From IMG/VR virus record IMGVR_UViG_3300047157_000111, positions 4,207 through 68,206 of that record: a stretch of DNA of 64,000 nt; one strand, given 5' to 3'. Each line of letters opens with the position of its first letter. Positions within the stretch are counted from its first letter, which is position 1. The position numbers and the translations under genes were made by a program. Under the pieces are notes generated by a model that was given only the letters and a program-made list of their open reading frames with translations, did no database searches and was not told the DNA's origin. This DNA is from a virus. Shown here piece after piece: positions 10,119 through 18,895 of the stretch.

Positions 10119-10436
10119 ATGAAAAAAATACTAACTTTAATAGCAATACTGTTTTGCACAGCGATGTACTCACAAGATTACGTTTTACTAGAAATAAATT
10201 CAGAATGGAATTGGACAAACAAAGCTAAAATAGATAGGATAAGAAATATACCTCATCAAATAGCTTACCTAGAAGAACAAACACCTAGTTTCAGGAAAAA
10301 AGTAAGATCAGTGCCTTTAGTTATACTATATAAAGATGGTAGACCAATAATGCAGTGGGCGGCGGATATAAGTTTTAAACTTGTTATAACTAAAGAACAG
10401 GTTTTAGAAGCTATAGAGATAGATAAAAACAGATAA
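10119..10436 (+). CDS. secreted thioredoxin-fold-like protein lacking CxxC
   Basis: Signal peptide MKKILTLIAILFCTAMYSQ; NSEWN and VRSVPLVILYKDG resemble Trx motifs. Confidence 0.45.
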   Translation: MKKILTLIAILFCTAMYSQDYVLLEINSEWNWTNKAKIDRIRNIPHQIAYLEEQTPSFRKKVRSVPLVILYKDGRPIMQWAADISFKLVITKEQVLEAIEIDKNR

Positions 10437-10447
10437 TTTAAGAACAT

Positions 10448-11059
10448 ATGGAAAAGTGCTATACACGCGATCAAATAAAGAAAGCTGTTTTAAACCTAGG
10501 TTACAAATGGTTTGAATCAGGAGAATACAATGTTAATATTGTTGGTGTAAGAAACTCAAGTACTGGCGTTGATGTAACTAACAAGTTTGACGACTGTATA
10601 ACAGTCTCTTACAAAATAGGTGACGAATGGCAATTCCATTGTTATAAGTGTACTACAGATCCAGGTACTCACTGGGTAGAAAATATAATGAAAAAAGAAG
10701 GTGTTGCTGTTTTAAAACCTGGTCAATATAGAAGCTCTCACAAACTTAGATTACATCTTGGTAAATACTTAGCTTTAGGACAGCAAAATCCCGTAACTGT
10801 TTACAGAGATAACAACAGAGACGATAAATACGATTTAGACGAAGATAACACTCAAACAGGTTTGTTTGGTATCAATATACATAGAGCAACAGGTAGATCA
10901 GGCAAAACATCTTCAAGAATAGATAAATGGTCTGCTGGCTGCCAAGTAATAGCTAGCAACGACGATTGGCATGAGTTTTTAGACATATGCCAAGTGGCTA
11001 GAGAAAAGTGGAGTAACAACTTTACTTATACATTAATAAATTCAAAAGATATAGCATGA
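10448..11059 (+). CDS. endolysin candidate, L,D-transpeptidase (YkuD)-like
   Basis: GINIHRA...WSAGCQV matches the His...S-x-G-C catalytic motif of YkuD-type enzymes. Confidence 0.65.
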   Translation: MEKCYTRDQIKKAVLNLGYKWFESGEYNVNIVGVRNSSTGVDVTNKFDDCITVSYKIGDEWQFHCYKCTTDPGTHWVENIMKKEGVAVLKPGQYRSSHKLRLHLGKYLALGQQNPVTVYRDNNRDDKYDLDEDNTQTGLFGINIHRATGRSGKTSSRIDKWSAGCQVIASNDDWHEFLDICQVAREKWSNNFTYTLINSKDIA

Positions 11060-11232
11060 ATTCAGCATTTAAAAGAAAAGGATGTGGACCGCAAGCATTA
11101 GGTTCAGCAGTAAAGCTAGCAACACCGTTAAAAATAAGTTGCTGGAAAGGCTGTGAGCCAAAACCTGGAACTCCTAAAACTAAAAAATCACCAACAAAAC
11201 CTGGTGAAAGGGTTAATAACTGTGATTGCTAA
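11056..11232 (+). CDS. small basic Cys-containing protein (58 aa, not in ORF track)
   Basis: MNSAFKRKGCGPQALG...CWKGCEPKPG...VNNCDC; start and stop overlap both neighbours. Confidence 0.6.
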   Translation: MNSAFKRKGCGPQALGSAVKLATPLKISCWKGCEPKPGTPKTKKSPTKPGERVNNCDC

Positions 11233-11492
11233 TGACTTGGTTAGCTAGACAAAGATCAGCGAGTCCGCTGAGAAGAACTAAAGCTTATACAGCAGGTATG
11301 AGTGCAGCTGAAAGAGAAGCTTACAACAATAAAACTGGCGGTAACGTTCAGGCGCCACAGCCAGAGGGTGGATCACGTAAAGATTCTTATTGTGCTAGAT
11401 CCGCTGGTATACCAAAGTGTAAAGATCCAGATAAAAATGGTGATTGTCCAAATGACATTGCTAGAAGAAACTGGAACTGTGGACCTAAATAA
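11232..11492 (+). CDS. DUF6321-like small phage protein
   Basis: GGSRKDSYCARS...ARRNWNC motif; ATG at 11232 overlaps the upstream stop. Confidence 0.55.
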   Translation: MTWLARQRSASPLRRTKAYTAGMSAAEREAYNNKTGGNVQAPQPEGGSRKDSYCARSAGIPKCKDPDKNGDCPNDIARRNWNCGPK

Positions 11493-11580
11493 AAAAAAAG
11501 GGAAGTCGTAAGACCTCCCTTTAATTATATGTATAAATTATTTAATTTTTTATACACATTAGTTATTGTATGTATAAAAA
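11491..11580. terminator. terminator region between convergent operons
   Basis: A-run + AGGGAAGTC-GTAA-GACCTCCCT-TT hairpin (11499-11520) and a second inverted repeat TTTTTATACA...TGTATAAAAA (11546-11580). Confidence 0.65.
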
Positions 11581-11598
11581 AGTCATAACTTTTAGCCT

Positions 11599-13317
11599 TT
11601 AGCCATCACAAGCTAAACAATCTTCGTTCATTGCTTGTTGAGCTATATCTCCACGTAAGACAGATTCTGTCCTAGTATAATACAAGGTTTTAACACCTTT
11701 TTTCCAAGCCTCATAATGAACTTTGTTTATCCACTTTGGTGTAGCAACACTAGGAAAAGCTAAGTTTAAACTAACAGACTGATCTACGTATTGCTGTCTC
11801 AGTCCAGCCTGATTAACTAGTTCTAGTTGATTAATCTCCTTAAAAGTTTTAAATACCTCCTTTGCGGGTGTTTCGTGCGCCATAACAACATCATCAAGCT
11901 CAGCAATATTTTGCACGCTACCACCATCAGCCAAGATCTTGTCCCATGTCTCATGATTATTTATTTTAAGTTTTCTTAATAACTTAGTTAACGTAGGGTT
12001 TTTTCTTATAAAAGTACCCTTAGCTGTTTGCTCTGTAAAAACATTAGCAGCCCAAGGTTCTATTCCGGGCGAAACATTTCCGCTAAGCTTACTATTAGAA
12101 ACAGTGGGAGCAACAGCCCTAAGGTGAGTGTTACGCATACCAGTGCCAGAACACCACAGAGGCTCACCATAAGTTTCAGCAAGGGCCATACTAGCTCTTT
12201 CACTTTCAATTTTAATTTGACTAAAGATTTTTCTAGTTTCAAACTGCGCGAGTAAGCCTTCGAAACTAATTCCTTTTTCTTGTAAGTAAGTGTGCCATCC
12301 CAATACGCCAAGACCGAGAGCCCTGCCTTTAGTAGCAGATCTAACCGCGTTTTCAAAGCCACGAAGGCCTTTTGCTCTTTGAATAAACTCTTCCATGACC
12401 CCGTCAAGGAACCATATACTATCGTAAATAAGGTTCGTACCTTTCCATTCTTCATATTTTGCTAAATTTAATGATGATAAACAACAGACAAAGCTGTGAT
12501 TCTCATCGGTGTGTAATGTGATCTCAGAACATATGTTCGTCATATGTACTTTGAGACCGTTGTCTTTGTATGCTGCTGGGTTATTTTTGTTTGTATTTCC
12601 CTTAAATAAAATATAAGGTTCTCCAGTTGCTTTACGCTTTTGTAATAATTTTGACCATTTTCTTCTAGCCTCTTTATCTCCTGATTCAACTCTTCGCATG
12701 AACTTGTCGCCGACCACAGCGCACTGGTGTAGGTTGAGGGATTGACGATTAACGTCTCCTTTAGGTTCTCTAATTTCGATCCAGTCTTCGAAATCGGCAT
12801 GCTCAATATTGATGTTAACTGAAGCAGCTCCTCTTCGGACAGATCCTTGATTAGTGGCGAGTATTGTTGAATCGTAAATCTTACAAAACGGCACAACTCC
12901 ATCAGATGTTCCATTTCCTGTTATTTTAGCGCCAGCGGGTCTTATTTGATTTATACCGATACCAACTCCACCGCCGTGCTTAGCGAGTAGCATCATCTCT
13001 AAGTTTTTACTTCCTATATCCTGTATACTATCAGCCACATCAATACCGAAGCAGCTAATAGGCAAGCCGCGATCAGTACCTGTATTAGATAGTACTGGGC
13101 TAGCGAGACATAGCCAACCATTCCAAATGTACTCGAAGAAAGTTTCTGCCATTTCTGGTTTATATAATCTACGAGCAACTGTTTTAGCGACTCTTTGGTA
13201 TGCCTCTCGAGGTGTTTCTCCGTGATATAAATATCCCCCGGATATAGTCTTCTTGTACACGTCGTTATTACCCCACGTAGGGTAATCTTCTCCTTTGATC
13301 CAGTTTTCATTCCACAT
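11599..13317 (-). CDS. nrdA: class I ribonucleotide reductase alpha subunit (no ATP cone)
   Basis: PISCF, GGGVG, TNICSEI, APT, KTLYY and C-terminal CLAC. Confidence 0.95.
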   Translation of the reverse strand: MWNENWIKGEDYPTWGNNDVYKKTISGGYLYHGETPREAYQRVAKTVARRLYKPEMAETFFEYIWNGWLCLASPVLSNTGTDRGLPISCFGIDVADSIQDIGSKNLEMMLLAKHGGGVGIGINQIRPAGAKITGNGTSDGVVPFCKIYDSTILATNQGSVRRGAASVNINIEHADFEDWIEIREPKGDVNRQSLNLHQCAVVGDKFMRRVESGDKEARRKWSKLLQKRKATGEPYILFKGNTNKNNPAAYKDNGLKVHMTNICSEITLHTDENHSFVCCLSSLNLAKYEEWKGTNLIYDSIWFLDGVMEEFIQRAKGLRGFENAVRSATKGRALGLGVLGWHTYLQEKGISFEGLLAQFETRKIFSQIKIESERASMALAETYGEPLWCSGTGMRNTHLRAVAPTVSNSKLSGNVSPGIEPWAANVFTEQTAKGTFIRKNPTLTKLLRKLKINNHETWDKILADGGSVQNIAELDDVVMAHETPAKEVFKTFKEINQLELVNQAGLRQQYVDQSVSLNLAFPSVATPKWINKVHYEAWKKGVKTLYYTRTESVLRGDIAQQAMNEDCLACDG

Positions 13318-13321
13318 ATTA

Positions 13322-13585
13322 TTATTTTAAAAAATGAGTTACCCAAGCTACTAAACCATTAAAGTTTAAAGCTACTAAATTCCATTGTTTTCTTGACGAA
13401 GTCTGTATCATTACACAGATAAAACCTACTATATATAAAATAGGTTCTAACGTCCATTGTGCCGCTATCAAGAAGCCTGCACCCATGTATCCTACACGAG
13501 ATGCAAACTTTTGATAAGATGTAAGCTTGTTAGTATATCTTAAAAACTTTAACAATCTATACCTCCATCTTCTTTTTCTATCCAT
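13322..13585 (-). CDS. small multi-TM membrane protein
   Basis: Basic N-terminus then about three hydrophobic segments; ATG overlaps the nrdB stop. Confidence 0.6.
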   Translation of the reverse strand: MDRKRRWRYRLLKFLRYTNKLTSYQKFASRVGYMGAGFLIAAQWTLEPILYIVGFICVMIQTSSRKQWNLVALNFNGLVAWVTHFLK

Positions 13586-14553
13586 TACCATATATCTTCA
13601 AAATCTTCTCCTTCATTCGCTTTACTATAGTCAGTCGGCCTAATAGCGAAAAAATCAGTATGAGTGACGCCCCCGGTAAGATGATAGAACCAATCAAGAT
13701 TGCTCGCCGCTTTGGTGTCATACGCAAAATACGATCCCAAGTCAACATAACCGAGCTCCACAAGTTTTTCATTTGCTCTCTTTTTTATGAATTGTTTCAA
13801 GTCTATAGCTTTTATACCCTCGATGTCACCCATTTCAAACATTTTATCAATATAGCTTTCTTCAAGCTTAACCATTGTTTCAGCAGCTTTAACTACATCT
13901 TCTCTACATTCAGCTAAAAGATTTTCATCTTCCTGACACATATGTCTAAACAATTGGCAACCCATTTTACTGTGCAATGACTCATCTCTCACAGACCATT
14001 TCATTTGCTGGCCAATTCCTTTGAGTAAATTACGTAGTTGAAAACTATATAACACAGCGAAAGCGCTATATAGGCTAACACCCTCTGCGAAAGCGGAAAA
14101 TATAGCCAAGCTTGTACCGATGCCAGCACTGCTAGTACCGTCATAAGCAACCAAGTTGTCAAAACGTCTAGCTGTTGCAGGTTCGTGTAAAAATGCTTCA
14201 TAGTCTTCTAGTTTTAATGTTTCATTTAAATAGCTGTATGCTACAGCGTGTACTGTTTCCTGTGAGCCAAACATCATGGCCATTTGTCTTATTTCGTGTT
14301 TAGGAAACCACGATACGACCTTCTGGGTCCAATAGTCTGAAACAGCGCATTCGGTTTGCGCGAATCCAAGAAGTATGTTCCCAACAAGGTTTTTTTCTTT
14401 TTCGTTAAGTCTTTCATTCCAATCTTTTATATCGCTCTGCATTGAGATCTCAGTGTGTAACCAAAATGCTTGAGCTTGTTTTAACCACCCTTCAGTATAA
14501 TACTCAGGGTAGTCAAAAGGTTTGTACGCTATGCGCTCATCAAATAATCCCAT
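13585..14553 (-). CDS. nrdB: class I ribonucleotide reductase beta subunit
   Basis: ETVHAVAY, EGVSLYSAF, RDESLH, TDFF di-metal motifs. Confidence 0.95.
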   Translation of the reverse strand: MGLFDERIAYKPFDYPEYYTEGWLKQAQAFWLHTEISMQSDIKDWNERLNEKEKNLVGNILLGFAQTECAVSDYWTQKVVSWFPKHEIRQMAMMFGSQETVHAVAYSYLNETLKLEDYEAFLHEPATARRFDNLVAYDGTSSAGIGTSLAIFSAFAEGVSLYSAFAVLYSFQLRNLLKGIGQQMKWSVRDESLHSKMGCQLFRHMCQEDENLLAECREDVVKAAETMVKLEESYIDKMFEMGDIEGIKAIDLKQFIKKRANEKLVELGYVDLGSYFAYDTKAASNLDWFYHLTGGVTHTDFFAIRPTDYSKANEGEDFEDIW

Positions 14554-14699
14554 TACTTTTTAAATATTTCTAAAGCAATGTCTACAAAAGGCATGTATAG
14601 CACATGAGTAGTCTGTGTTGGTTCATCGTAGGTTCTACATCCTACTAAAACACCTGGATAAAAGCCAAATGACAAACTCCAGTTTTTTGTTTCTTTCAT
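14553..14699 (-). CDS. hypothetical protein (48 aa)
   Basis: MKETKNWSLSFGFYPGVLVG...EIFKK; stop overlaps the nrdB start. Confidence 0.55.
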   Translation of the reverse strand: MKETKNWSLSFGFYPGVLVGCRTYDEPTQTTHVLYMPFVDIALEIFKK

Positions 14700-14857
14700 A
14701 TATTGTAATTTTTACATTGTTCTATTAAGTCTCTATATCTAATTATGCCAAACTTTTCCCATCTCCATTTAATCCAAGTGTTTAGCTTTCGTTCACCGTA
14801 TTTTTGTCTAGCTATTCTTTTAGCCTCTCTAGGATTAACCTTACTGTTTCGTCGCAT
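14696..14857 (-). CDS. hypothetical basic protein (53 aa)
   Basis: MRRNSKVNPREAKR...; ATGA overlap with the downstream ORF. Confidence 0.45.
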   Translation of the reverse strand: MRRNSKVNPREAKRIARQKYGERKLNTWIKWRWEKFGIIRYRDLIEQCKNYNI

Positions 14858-15267
14858 TCCTTATGATTTTGTGGTTTATACAGTGTAAGTGGCCCTAATC
14901 GTCTTTCTGTGATAAGCTTTTTAAATAACTTCCAACGTAATGGAAATGATTCGTTAGCTCTACCTTTAGTTTCAATTATAAAACCCTTACCTACAAAGTC
15001 TGGCGTATATTTTATGTTAAGTATTTTCTTGTTACCTCTGTTTTTATATTCTCCTTTACCATTACCGCATCTTTCGTATGCTTCAAAAGGAAAATCAAAA
15101 GCCTCTGATAACTCAAAAGTTTGACCTTCATACAAAGATGTTATCTTTGCTTTTCTTAAGGCCATATACATATAACGCTCTAGCCCAGAGGCGAAGTTGA
15201 TCCCATCGTATGAGATCTTCTTCGACTGAACTGGTCCTTTTTTTCTTTTATAAGATTTCTTCTTCAT
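14812..15267 (-). CDS. T7 endonuclease I-like Holliday junction resolvase
   Basis: FASGLE...YTPDF...IIETKG PD-(D/E)xK motif. Confidence 0.8.
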   Translation of the reverse strand: MKKKSYKRKKGPVQSKKISYDGINFASGLERYMYMALRKAKITSLYEGQTFELSEAFDFPFEAYERCGNGKGEYKNRGNKKILNIKYTPDFVGKGFIIETKGRANESFPLRWKLFKKLITERRLGPLTLYKPQNHKECDETVRLILERLKE

Positions 15268-15535
15268 TAACGTCTATATTAGTTACATCTGCAGTAAACA
15301 TTTTGTAGGCAATCTCTTCGATCTCTTCCTGCAGGCAGTGTTTAGCTGATTCAAGGTATAATATCGCGTCCATTAATTCTTCTTGTACATCAACAATAAA
15401 TCTACCTAGATCTTTCTTTTGGCCTTCAATCTCTTGCATCATTGTAGCTCCATATTTCTTTTGACCTATTAAGCTACGTTGGTCCATCTTCCTTAGTACG
15501 TTCTGTACTATCTTATCTTTAGTTTTAATCTGCAT
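15248..15535 (-). CDS. MazG-like/all-alpha NTP pyrophosphohydrolase-related protein
   Basis: RSLIGQKKYG...QEELMDAILY acidic helix motif. Confidence 0.45.
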   Translation of the reverse strand: MQIKTKDKIVQNVLRKMDQRSLIGQKKYGATMMQEIEGQKKDLGRFIVDVQEELMDAILYLESAKHCLQEEIEEIAYKMFTADVTNIDVNEEEIL

Positions 15536-16295
15536 CTTTCACGAATGTTCCGTTAATCATTTTACCTGTTCTTGCTGCTATTACCTTGTAAGCTTCATCA
15601 ATACAATACTCTATATCATATCCTTCTAAATGAGCTAAATTAGTTAGCACAACAACTATATCACCTATAGCGTCTATTATTTCTGGTTTATCATTTTTAA
15701 GTAACGCCTTAGCAAGTTCACCAGCTTCTTCCTGTAACTTAACATACTGTGTATGTGAATTACCTTTATCATATAAACCTCTTGTTGCTGCCCATTCCCT
15801 TATTAAATCAAACCTTTCGCTTGTAGCACCAACTAAACTTGGCATGTCTTTAGGGTTAAAAAAGGCTTCATAAAAAGCCTTGTTGTAAATGTAAGATCTA
15901 TCGCTGTTAAACATAGATACTTTAGCGTTCTGCATTATCCAAGGTATATTCTTGGTTGTTAATTCAAAGTCTCCAAACTCTGGATGCTTCCACTTTAAGC
16001 CAACGTTATCCATAAGCCTACCCTTTAATTTATTCATAGGTAGCGGGAACGTAGTTGTTTGTTCTGTTACGTTTATTTTCATTTTATTAAATAAGTTTTT
16101 ATATAGTTTTGTATCGACTTTATAGCCGTAAGACTTTTGAAGTTCTATTTCCTTGTCTGATATAAAATCTATATCATCACTAGTAAATAAAACCTCGTAC
16201 TCATTCTCCTTATAGCCTTGCATAAGGGTAACTCTAGTATTAAGATTACGTGTTACGCCAATCTTTTTACCTGGTATGTGGTATAAATAATACAT
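15525..16295 (-). CDS. MazG-family NTP pyrophosphohydrolase with N-terminal GIY-YIG-like domain
   Basis: C-terminal KLQEEAGEL...DAIGDIVVVL; N-terminal YYLYHIPGKKIGVTRNLNTR. Confidence 0.7.
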   Translation of the reverse strand: MYYLYHIPGKKIGVTRNLNTRVTLMQGYKENEYEVLFTSDDIDFISDKEIELQKSYGYKVDTKLYKNLFNKMKINVTEQTTTFPLPMNKLKGRLMDNVGLKWKHPEFGDFELTTKNIPWIMQNAKVSMFNSDRSYIYNKAFYEAFFNPKDMPSLVGATSERFDLIREWAATRGLYDKGNSHTQYVKLQEEAGELAKALLKNDKPEIIDAIGDIVVVLTNLAHLEGYDIEYCIDEAYKVIAARTGKMINGTFVKDAD

Positions 16296-16298
16296 ATC

Positions 16299-16943
16299 TT
16301 ATAGTTTATTGTTATACAAATGCATATTGTGTGCGTGATGGTAATACCAACCAGTCTCAATAGACAGCTTATCTGCAATCATCTCCTGTAAGGATGCAAA
16401 TTGATATTGATCATTACAGAAACCGTACCAGATGTCATTAGAACGCATATAGACAGACATACAAAGCTTACCGTCTATGATGGTAAATTGTATAGCATAA
16501 GTACATGGCGTATCTTTAGCATACTTATCAAACTCCTTGCAGTCGTATATACTTATTGCAGCGTGTCTAGTTTTAGGGTTGTCTCTTAATTTAGCTACTA
16601 CATAATCAATTTGATTATTACGTTGCCATTGGTAACCGTAATTACTATTAACGTTGCCATTACTATCTGCCATCTTCTCCCATATAGGAGGTATCTTACC
16701 ATACAGCTGTCCTAGCTTTATTATATTAGGATCACCTGACAAATACCAAGCCCATTCAGCTGCTGCATATTTCTGACTCCAGTTACGCTCTTTGTTCGTG
16801 ATAAACTTATCACTTGGATTCTCTATATAAAAGCCACAGTTAAATAAAGTTTTAGTATCGTCAAAATCCTGACCATGTTGTATGGCTTGATCTAGTAAAA
16901 ACTCGTATGCTTCATTAGCATTTTTAAATGTTGTATTTATCAT
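16299..16943 (-). CDS. thymidylate-synthase-superfamily enzyme, dCMP hydroxymethylase/methylase type
   Basis: Catalytic PC; MRSNDIWYGFCND has Asp at the pyrimidine-specificity site; IWEKMADSNGNVNSNYG resembles T4 gp42. Confidence 0.8.
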   Translation of the reverse strand: MINTTFKNANEAYEFLLDQAIQHGQDFDDTKTLFNCGFYIENPSDKFITNKERNWSQKYAAAEWAWYLSGDPNIIKLGQLYGKIPPIWEKMADSNGNVNSNYGYQWQRNNQIDYVVAKLRDNPKTRHAAISIYDCKEFDKYAKDTPCTYAIQFTIIDGKLCMSVYMRSNDIWYGFCNDQYQFASLQEMIADKLSIETGWYYHHAHNMHLYNNKL

Positions 16944-17166
16944 AATAATATTTATAGTATTTAAATATTGTCACCCACAACTCTCTAGGATCGAATGTCC
17001 CAGGTGATCTATTTATCTTCTTGTTTATCTCTATATCTATATACCATGATGTAAAGTTTTCTTTACAAAACGGTGATATATAGATACCGTTGTTTACACA
17101 CCAGTGGTACGCTTTGAATTCATCAGGACTATACTGATAGCCGTTTGATTTCTTCTTTACTCCCAT
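16924..17166 (-). CDS. hypothetical protein
   Basis: 80-aa ORF overlapping both neighbours. Confidence 0.6.
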   Translation of the reverse strand: MGVKKKSNGYQYSPDEFKAYHWCVNNGIYISPFCKENFTSWYIDIEINKKINRSPGTFDPRELWVTIFKYYKYYYDKYNI

Positions 17167-18878
17167 GGCATAGGGTCGTTGTTAGCTATAGGCTCATGAG
17201 GCATAAAGCAGCCTGACTTTGGCTCCCATTTAAAATGAGCTTCAGCACCGTTTTCGCCAAGATTTTGAAACTTAACTTTTAATATTTTAGCCTTAACAGT
17301 TTTAGCCTCATAATCTCTGTGTACCAATATACCATGATAACTTGCATCATACCATTCACCACCGCCTTTAATGTTATACATAGTAGGTTCTTCAATCTTA
17401 CCATCTTTGTCTTTATACATCTTAGTAGGGTGAGCTACTATGAAAACAAGTACATCGAACTTCTTAGCAAAGATTTCTATCTTAGTTAAGTACTCCATAG
17501 TATACCTGTTAACATCTTCAGTCTTACAGTCTACATCTCTAACTTTATTAAATGGATCAATAACTAAACATTTAATACCTTTACGTTTAACTAGTTCAGC
17601 TCCCTTCTTTAGAACAGACTCTAATGTATAACGCTCCATGTCTATGTGGAAATAATTAGTATTACAATGATCAGCTATTTGATTCCATTTGTCACCGTGT
17701 ATATCTGCTGCTGTTGGCATACCTTCCCATGTCTTACGCATTAACTTATGTGCATGTAAGTATGTTGGTTGATTCTCTGGCGACGCAAACGCTGTCTTCC
17801 AGCCATAGTTACGATTGTAACCTACAACCATCTGATCCACGAAATCAGACTTACCACTACTAGGTATACCAGTAACAGTAATAAACTGTCCGGTATAAGT
17901 TGAAAAAATTTCATCAAAGTTTTCCAAACCAACCTGAAAACCTTTTTTAAAACCATTACGAACAAAGTCGGTAACTTCATCTTCAATGTCTTTAAATGTT
18001 GTGACGTTCTCAAGTGGTACAGGTCTAGCTGATTGTACTCGTTCTTGTAATTTTTCTTTACCATGTTTTACTAGATATTCATTAGCATCTTTACAATCAT
18101 CAAATGACACTAGGTAACAAACTTCAGCTCCAAGTCTACGGACTAATTCTGATTGTAATGCTTGACCTGCTTCATCGGAGTCAACTGCTAATATGATTTT
18201 TTCTTTGTCTTCAAAATAATCTATACAATTATCTAAGTAATCAAGGTTATTGCTATTTAATGTAGCTCCGTTAGGAACTGATATAGCGTTTGGTATACCA
18301 GCTTCGTGAAAAGCTAATACATCCATTTCACCTTCTGTTATAACACAGGTGTCATAACCTACTATACTATTTATATTATAGAATACTTTTTCAGCACCCT
18401 TATATAATTTAAAGTTCTTTCTACCATCGCGATACTTAATGTTAATAAGTTGATCGCCCATGAAATAATTGAACTTTATTGTGTTCTCGGTTTTACCGGT
18501 CTGTGGCATCCACTCAGAGCCCTCACTGACTTCTAAGTCAATAAGAGTCTGAGCTTTTATACCTCTTGTTTTAAACCACTCAATTACTTTGTCACTTAGA
18601 AATTCAGGGTGTTCAGTAGAGCTAGGTGGACCAACTGGTCTCACGTATACCTTCTCACTAGCTCCCTTACGCTGATAAGTGTGTAATTGAAATGATGTGT
18701 TACAGTTGTGACAAGTACCAAGACCCCGTTCCCAATCATAAGACGCACACTTTGCCTTTTGATTCTTGGGTTTTCTATCGTGAGAACAAATAGGGCATAT
18801 ACCCTGCTTTTTTCCCTCTTCAAGCTTATGTTGATTGAATTCATCAATCAAAAATCCATTGATCTCTGTTGTCTGCAT
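17157..18878 (-). CDS. primase-helicase (T7 gp4/Twinkle-like)
   Basis: N-terminal CPIC...CHNC Zn finger, TOPRIM (EGEMD, DSDEAG), Walker A GIPSSGKS, LVIDP, VAHP. Confidence 0.92.
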   Translation of the reverse strand: MQTTEINGFLIDEFNQHKLEEGKKQGICPICSHDRKPKNQKAKCASYDWERGLGTCHNCNTSFQLHTYQRKGASEKVYVRPVGPPSSTEHPEFLSDKVIEWFKTRGIKAQTLIDLEVSEGSEWMPQTGKTENTIKFNYFMGDQLINIKYRDGRKNFKLYKGAEKVFYNINSIVGYDTCVITEGEMDVLAFHEAGIPNAISVPNGATLNSNNLDYLDNCIDYFEDKEKIILAVDSDEAGQALQSELVRRLGAEVCYLVSFDDCKDANEYLVKHGKEKLQERVQSARPVPLENVTTFKDIEDEVTDFVRNGFKKGFQVGLENFDEIFSTYTGQFITVTGIPSSGKSDFVDQMVVGYNRNYGWKTAFASPENQPTYLHAHKLMRKTWEGMPTAADIHGDKWNQIADHCNTNYFHIDMERYTLESVLKKGAELVKRKGIKCLVIDPFNKVRDVDCKTEDVNRYTMEYLTKIEIFAKKFDVLVFIVAHPTKMYKDKDGKIEEPTMYNIKGGGEWYDASYHGILVHRDYEAKTVKAKILKVKFQNLGENGAEAHFKWEPKSGCFMPHEPIANNDPMPWE

Positions 18879-18895
18879 TTAATTTAATTTAATTA

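Noticed and set aside
16299-16943. Plain thyA annotation
   Set aside because: It has Asp instead of Asn at the specificity position and gp42-like segments
17822-18847. +1-frame ORFs (80 and 68 aa) inside the primase-helicase as overprinted genes
   Set aside because: They are short, the codon shift is weak and hydrophobicity is expected for +1 frames; worth including in the comparative test but unsupported alone
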